Source: Actinomycetes bacterium (lineage in GTDB: Bacteria; Actinomycetota; Acidimicrobiia; Acidimicrobiales; GCA-2861595). From it: a DNA stretch of 64,000 nucleotides. Position 1 is the stretch's first letter; each line of letters starts with the position of its first letter. The notes below the pieces were generated by a model. That model searched no databases, had not been told where the DNA came from, and saw nothing but the letters and a program-made list of their open reading frames with translations. Below, piece after piece: positions 60,837 to 64,000 of this stretch. Location of the stretch: NCBI GenBank assembly GCA_023264975.1, contig JAHFUS010000005.1, positions 10,771 through 74,770 on the forward strand, given 5' to 3'. The translations under genes were made by a program, and so were the position numbers.

Positions 60837-61256
60837 TCAGTCCGCGGTCCCGCGTTCCACGATCCACTCGTGCGGTTGGGCGGTGATCCCGGCGACCAGC
60901 TCGAAGTCGGCGTCGTAGTGCAGGACGGTCAGGTCCCGAGCCTCGGCCACGGCGGCGACAAGAGCGTCGACCAGCGACAACGCTCGGTGCTGGCCGCGGC
61001 CGGACAGCACTTCTTGGACATCGAGGCAGCGTCGGTGGTCCGCATCGGACAATGGAACCCAAGGGAATGCGCCGAGTCGCCCCATTACGGCGAGGTAGTC
61101 GTCGTAGCTCCGGGCCGAGTAGCCGAGCTCGAAGGCGACCGGTGCACAGAGTCCGACCCGCCCCGCCGCGGCGCGAGGAGCGAAGGCCGCTGCCACCACC
61201 GGCTTCGACAGCCGAGCGAAGACGCTCGTGTCCGCGAGGTACTGGAGGCCGCCCAT
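60837..61256 (-). CDS. vapC: PIN-domain ribonuclease toxin VapC
   Basis: YLADTSVF.R... acidic N-terminal D, then ..D..I AA.A....L.VLH.D.DFE pattern. Follows the antitoxin gene with a 2-nt gap. Confidence 0.85.
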   Translation of the reverse strand: MGGLQYLADTSVFARLSKPVVAAAFAPRAAAGRVGLCAPVAFELGYSARSYDDYLAVMGRLGAFPWVPLSDADHRRCLDVQEVLSGRGQHRALSLVDALVAAVAEARDLTVLHYDADFELVAGITAQPHEWIVERGTAD

Positions 61257-61258
61257 CT

Positions 61259-61465
61259 CTAGTCGCTTGCGCCCCAGGCGTTCTCGGCCGCCTCGAAGTC
61301 GAACCGGCCCTCCTCGCTGAGAAGCGCCACCAGCTCGAGACGACGCTTGGCGTGCACGACCTCCCTCATGGACGCGTCGATCGTCTCCCGCAGCGTGGTC
61401 GTGCCGAGGATGGCGGCAGCCTCGCGAGCGATATCTCGATCTATCTCCACCGATGTCTTGCTCAT
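61259..61465 (-). CDS. vapB: Type II antitoxin VapB (small DNA-binding antitoxin)
   Basis: Last 68 codons of the 203-aa ORF: MSKTSVEIDRDIAREAAAILGTTTLRETIDASMREVV is the typical VapB N-terminus. Confidence 0.8.
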   Translation of the reverse strand: MSKTSVEIDRDIAREAAAILGTTTLRETIDASMREVVHAKRRLELVALLSEEGRFDFEAAENAWGASD

Positions 61466-61697
61466 CGCCAGAGGATATCGCGCTTCGTCGGGCAGGCGCG
61501 TGTCATCGAGGGCGTCGAGGGCGGCTGGGCCGCCGACGGCGCGCTCGAGATGGCGCGGGCCACGCACAATAAGCGGCACAGGTTGTCGTCGGCGACGGGC
61601 ATGGTCGCAGACGTGTCTTGCAACGTCTGGCGTTGGCTGCCGCGGGTTGCTACGTGTCGGAGATCGCTTACTGTCACTCTCGAGGAGGTTGCGGTAC

Positions 61698-63188
61698 ATG
61701 CCATCAGGATTCTCACGCCGGCGTTTCCTCGCGATCGCCGGAGGCGGGTACGCCAGCATCGTCCTTGCCGGCTGCGGAAAGAGTGCCGGCCCGGTCTCGT
61801 CCACCAGGTCGGCGGTAGCGGCGGCCGAGCGGCGTCGGAGGAAGCCAGGGGCGTCTGTCACCGAGCTCACCCTGACGGCGGCGCCCTACACGCTCGATCT
61901 GGCGGGAACGCAGGTAAAGACGTGGGCGTACAACGGGGCGGTGCCGGGCCCGGAGGTGCGCCTCAAAGCGGGGGAGGTGCTGCGGGCCAGATTCGTCAAT
62001 GACCTGCCCGAGGAGGCGGTCGTCCACTGGCACGGCATCGCCCTGCGCAACGACATGGACGGGGTACCGGGCGTCACCCAGGAAGCGGTGACGCCGGGCA
62101 AGAGCTTCATGTACGAATTCACCGTGCCCGACCCGGGCAGCTACTGGTTCCACCCTCACAACGGCCTCCAGCTCGATCAGGGCCTTTACGTGCCCCTGAT
62201 CGTCGACGATCCGGCCGAGCCCGGCCGTTACGACCGGGAGTTCACTGTTGTACTCGACGACTGGGTGAGCGGCATCGGGCCCACCCCGGAGGAGACACTG
62301 AAGGAGCTGCAAGGTGGTGCCATGCAGATGGGAACGATGCAGATGGCGAGGAGCGAGCTACTCGGGGGCGATGCCGGCGACGTGATGTACCCGATGTTCT
62401 TGATGAACGGCCGGCCGCCCAACGACCCTCCCTCCTTTGACGCCAAGCCGGGGGAGCGCCTTCGACTCCGGCTCATCAACGCCGGGGCCGAGACCGCCTT
62501 CCGGGTGGCCCTCGGCGGCCATCAACTGACTGTCACCCACACGGACGGCCTCCCGGTCGAGCCGGTCACCGTCGACACCCTCCTGGTCGGGATGAGCGAG
62601 CGCTACGACGTCATCGTCACCGTGGCCGGCCCTGGGGCCTTCCCGTTGGCGGCCATGGCCGAGGGAAAAAGCGGCCAGTCGTTAGGGGTCGTGCGCTCCG
62701 GGCCGGGCGAAGCCCCGGGAGCCGATGCCCGCCCGGCCGAGTTCGACGGCCGCCTGCTCGAGATGAGTGAGCTACGGGCGGCAGCATCCGTCACCTTGCC
62801 CGCCCGCAGCGTCGATCGCACCTACAACCTCGAGTTGAACGCCGCCGCCGAGGGCTACCGGTGGATGATCAACGGCAAGTCGGTCCTCGACCACGAGGAG
62901 GTGAGGGAGCAGACCACCCCGCTCAAGGTTGCCCAGGGCGAGCGCATCCGGCTTGTGTTCGACAACAAGTCGACGATGTTCCACCCGATGCATCTGCACG
63001 GGCACTCGTTCCAGGTGGTTGCGGCCGACGGCGGCGCCGGGCCCCGCAAGGACAGCATGATCGTAAGGCCGAAGGAGCGGATCTCCGTCGACGTTGCCGC
63101 CGACAACCCCGGCCAGTGGCTATTGCACTGCCATAACGTCTACCACCAGGCATCGGGCATGGTCACCCTTCTCTCCTACGAGAGTTGA
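61698..63188 (+). CDS. Multicopper oxidase, Tat-exported lipoprotein
   Basis: GAGGAGG RBS. SRRRFLAIAGGGYASIVLAGC (twin-arginine plus lipobox). Copper motifs HWHG, WFHPH, HPMHLHGH and HCHNVYHQASGM. Confidence 0.92.
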   Translation: MPSGFSRRRFLAIAGGGYASIVLAGCGKSAGPVSSTRSAVAAAERRRRKPGASVTELTLTAAPYTLDLAGTQVKTWAYNGAVPGPEVRLKAGEVLRARFVNDLPEEAVVHWHGIALRNDMDGVPGVTQEAVTPGKSFMYEFTVPDPGSYWFHPHNGLQLDQGLYVPLIVDDPAEPGRYDREFTVVLDDWVSGIGPTPEETLKELQGGAMQMGTMQMARSELLGGDAGDVMYPMFLMNGRPPNDPPSFDAKPGERLRLRLINAGAETAFRVALGGHQLTVTHTDGLPVEPVTVDTLLVGMSERYDVIVTVAGPGAFPLAAMAEGKSGQSLGVVRSGPGEAPGADARPAEFDGRLLEMSELRAAASVTLPARSVDRTYNLELNAAAEGYRWMINGKSVLDHEEVREQTTPLKVAQGERIRLVFDNKSTMFHPMHLHGHSFQVVAADGGAGPRKDSMIVRPKERISVDVAADNPGQWLLHCHNVYHQASGMVTLLSYES

Positions 63189-63215
63189 CCCCGCCGCAGC
63201 TTGCTCCGGGGGCGC

Positions 63216-63587
63216 TCAGCCGGGGCCGTCGTCGTCGGGCGGGCCAATGGCGTACCGGGTGGCGGCGGCCAGGAAGACGAAGCTCCTGGGCGGCCCGTGA
63301 CCGGTGGGCCCTTCCCCCCCTGGAGCTGCGCCCGCGTCCGCCCGCCCGGCCCACCCCGTAGCCCCTTCGTCGTCGAAGGTGTCGTGCTCGCCCGTGTCGT
63401 CGCCGAACAACGAGTAGGTGTGACTGTGTTCGAACCAGACGCTGTTGGCCGGGGCCTCGGGCTCCGCTGGGGCCTGCTTGTGGCAGGCGGCCCGCTTGCG
63501 GCGCAGCGTGACCGAGCGAGGCGTCAGGGTCGCCGGGACCGGACCTCGGCGGGCGGAGCGGCGGCCTGTTGCCGGTCGGTTCAGCAC
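63216..63587 (-). CDS. Hypothetical protein
   Basis: High GC3 in this frame (..VWFEHSHTYSLFGDDTGEHDTFDDEG..). First in-frame start is GTG 63587. No family recognised. Confidence 0.35.
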   Translation of the reverse strand: MLNRPATGRRSARRGPVPATLTPRSVTLRRKRAACHKQAPAEPEAPANSVWFEHSHTYSLFGDDTGEHDTFDDEGATGWAGRADAGAAPGGEGPTGHGPPRSFVFLAAATRYAIGPPDDDGPG

Positions 63588-63682
63588 GCGCTGCTCATCG
63601 GCCGCGGCGGTCCGAAATGAAGTGGCTGGCTCGGCAGATTCCCGGAATCGCCTCTCCGCCCAGCCGGTACGGGAAGAAAGGG

Positions 63683-64000
63683 CTATGTCGCTCGTTCTTC
63701 GCCCTCCGGTCGCTCGGCGGCCGACAACAGCACGCGGCGGGCGGCGGCCCGCCCCTGGGCCACGCATGCGGCGATGCCGACGCCTCTGTACGCGGCGCCG
63801 GCCACCGCCACGCCGGGAAGGTCCCGGGCGAGGGCCGCCTCGGCCTGTGCCACCTGGTCGAGGTGTCCGGGCCGGTACTGGGGAAAGGCCCGCTCCCACC
63901 TCGTGACCCGCACCACCCGGGGCGGGGCCACCAGGCCGACGGCGGCGGCCAGCTCGCGGTGGAGGCGGTCGGTCAGCTCGCCGTCGCCCAAAGCCATGGC
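63683..64000 (-). CDS. hemY: Protoporphyrinogen/coproporphyrinogen oxidase (HemY-type), C-terminal part only; 5' end lies outside the window
   Basis: ..VTRWERAFPQYRPGHLDQV...LPGVAVAGAAYRGVGIAACVAQGR is the conserved HemY C-terminus. The frame stays open to the window edge. Confidence 0.7.
   Translation of the reverse strand, partial: AMALGDGELTDRLHRELAAAVGLVAPPRVVRVTRWERAFPQYRPGHLDQVAQAEAALARDLPGVAVAGAAYRGVGIAACVAQGRAAARRVLLSAAERPEGEERAT

Overview
Very GC-rich (third codon positions almost all G/C), gene-dense chromosomal segment with Actinomycetota-style gene content. I found no rRNA, tRNA, CRISPR array, IS/transposase or prophage signature. I call about 58 CDS; most long ORFs on the opposite strand of these are high-GC mirror artefacts.

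Left to right:
- FtsX-type ABC exporter (two ATPase genes plus a lipoprotein) beside an OmpR/HK two-component pair
- FAD oxidoreductase, GH38 alpha-mannosidase, cutA, selD, rnhB, an orphan amino-acid binding lipoprotein, a DJ-1/PfpI protein
- TPP riboswitch and thiC
- A five-gene glycine/sarcosine/betaine-reductase-like (Grd) operon
- GGDEF cyclase, msrB, an HExxH protein and a tiny Cys-rich ORF
- Nitrate/nitrite assimilation operon: narK-nirB-nirD, a 4Fe-4S/DmsC-anchor fusion, a Mo-nitrate reductase and a NnaR-like regulator
- pyrE-like gene, SRPBCC protein, and a secreted S8 peptidase with a Calx-beta domain and six 40-aa repeats
- Acetyl-CoA/PHA block: hbd, aceE, thiolase, hbd, phaC, phaJ, phasin-like gene, XRE regulator, second phaC
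- S4-domain protein, DEAD-box helicase, lipoprotein
- Glyoxylate shunt: ramB-like regulator, aceB, aceA
- vapBC, a Tat-lipoprotein multicopper oxidase, and the 3' part of a hemY-like gene

Most interesting: the Grd-like operon contains two selenoprotein genes (grdA and a grdB-family gene). Each is split in the ORF track by an in-frame TGA that reads as selenocysteine, with hairpins downstream of each TGA. selD lies about 6 kb from the operon's near end. The operon lacks grdD, trxB and grdX, and its presumed active-site motifs are altered, so the substrate and chemistry may not be classical glycine reduction.

Other points of note:
- Two long perfect palindromes sit in intercistronic gaps of operons.
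- An unusual membrane-anchor electron-transfer partner lies in the nitrate assimilation operon.
- A conserved leader motif is shared by aceE and hbd.
- A metallothionein-like small ORF is present.
- There are several short tandem repeats.
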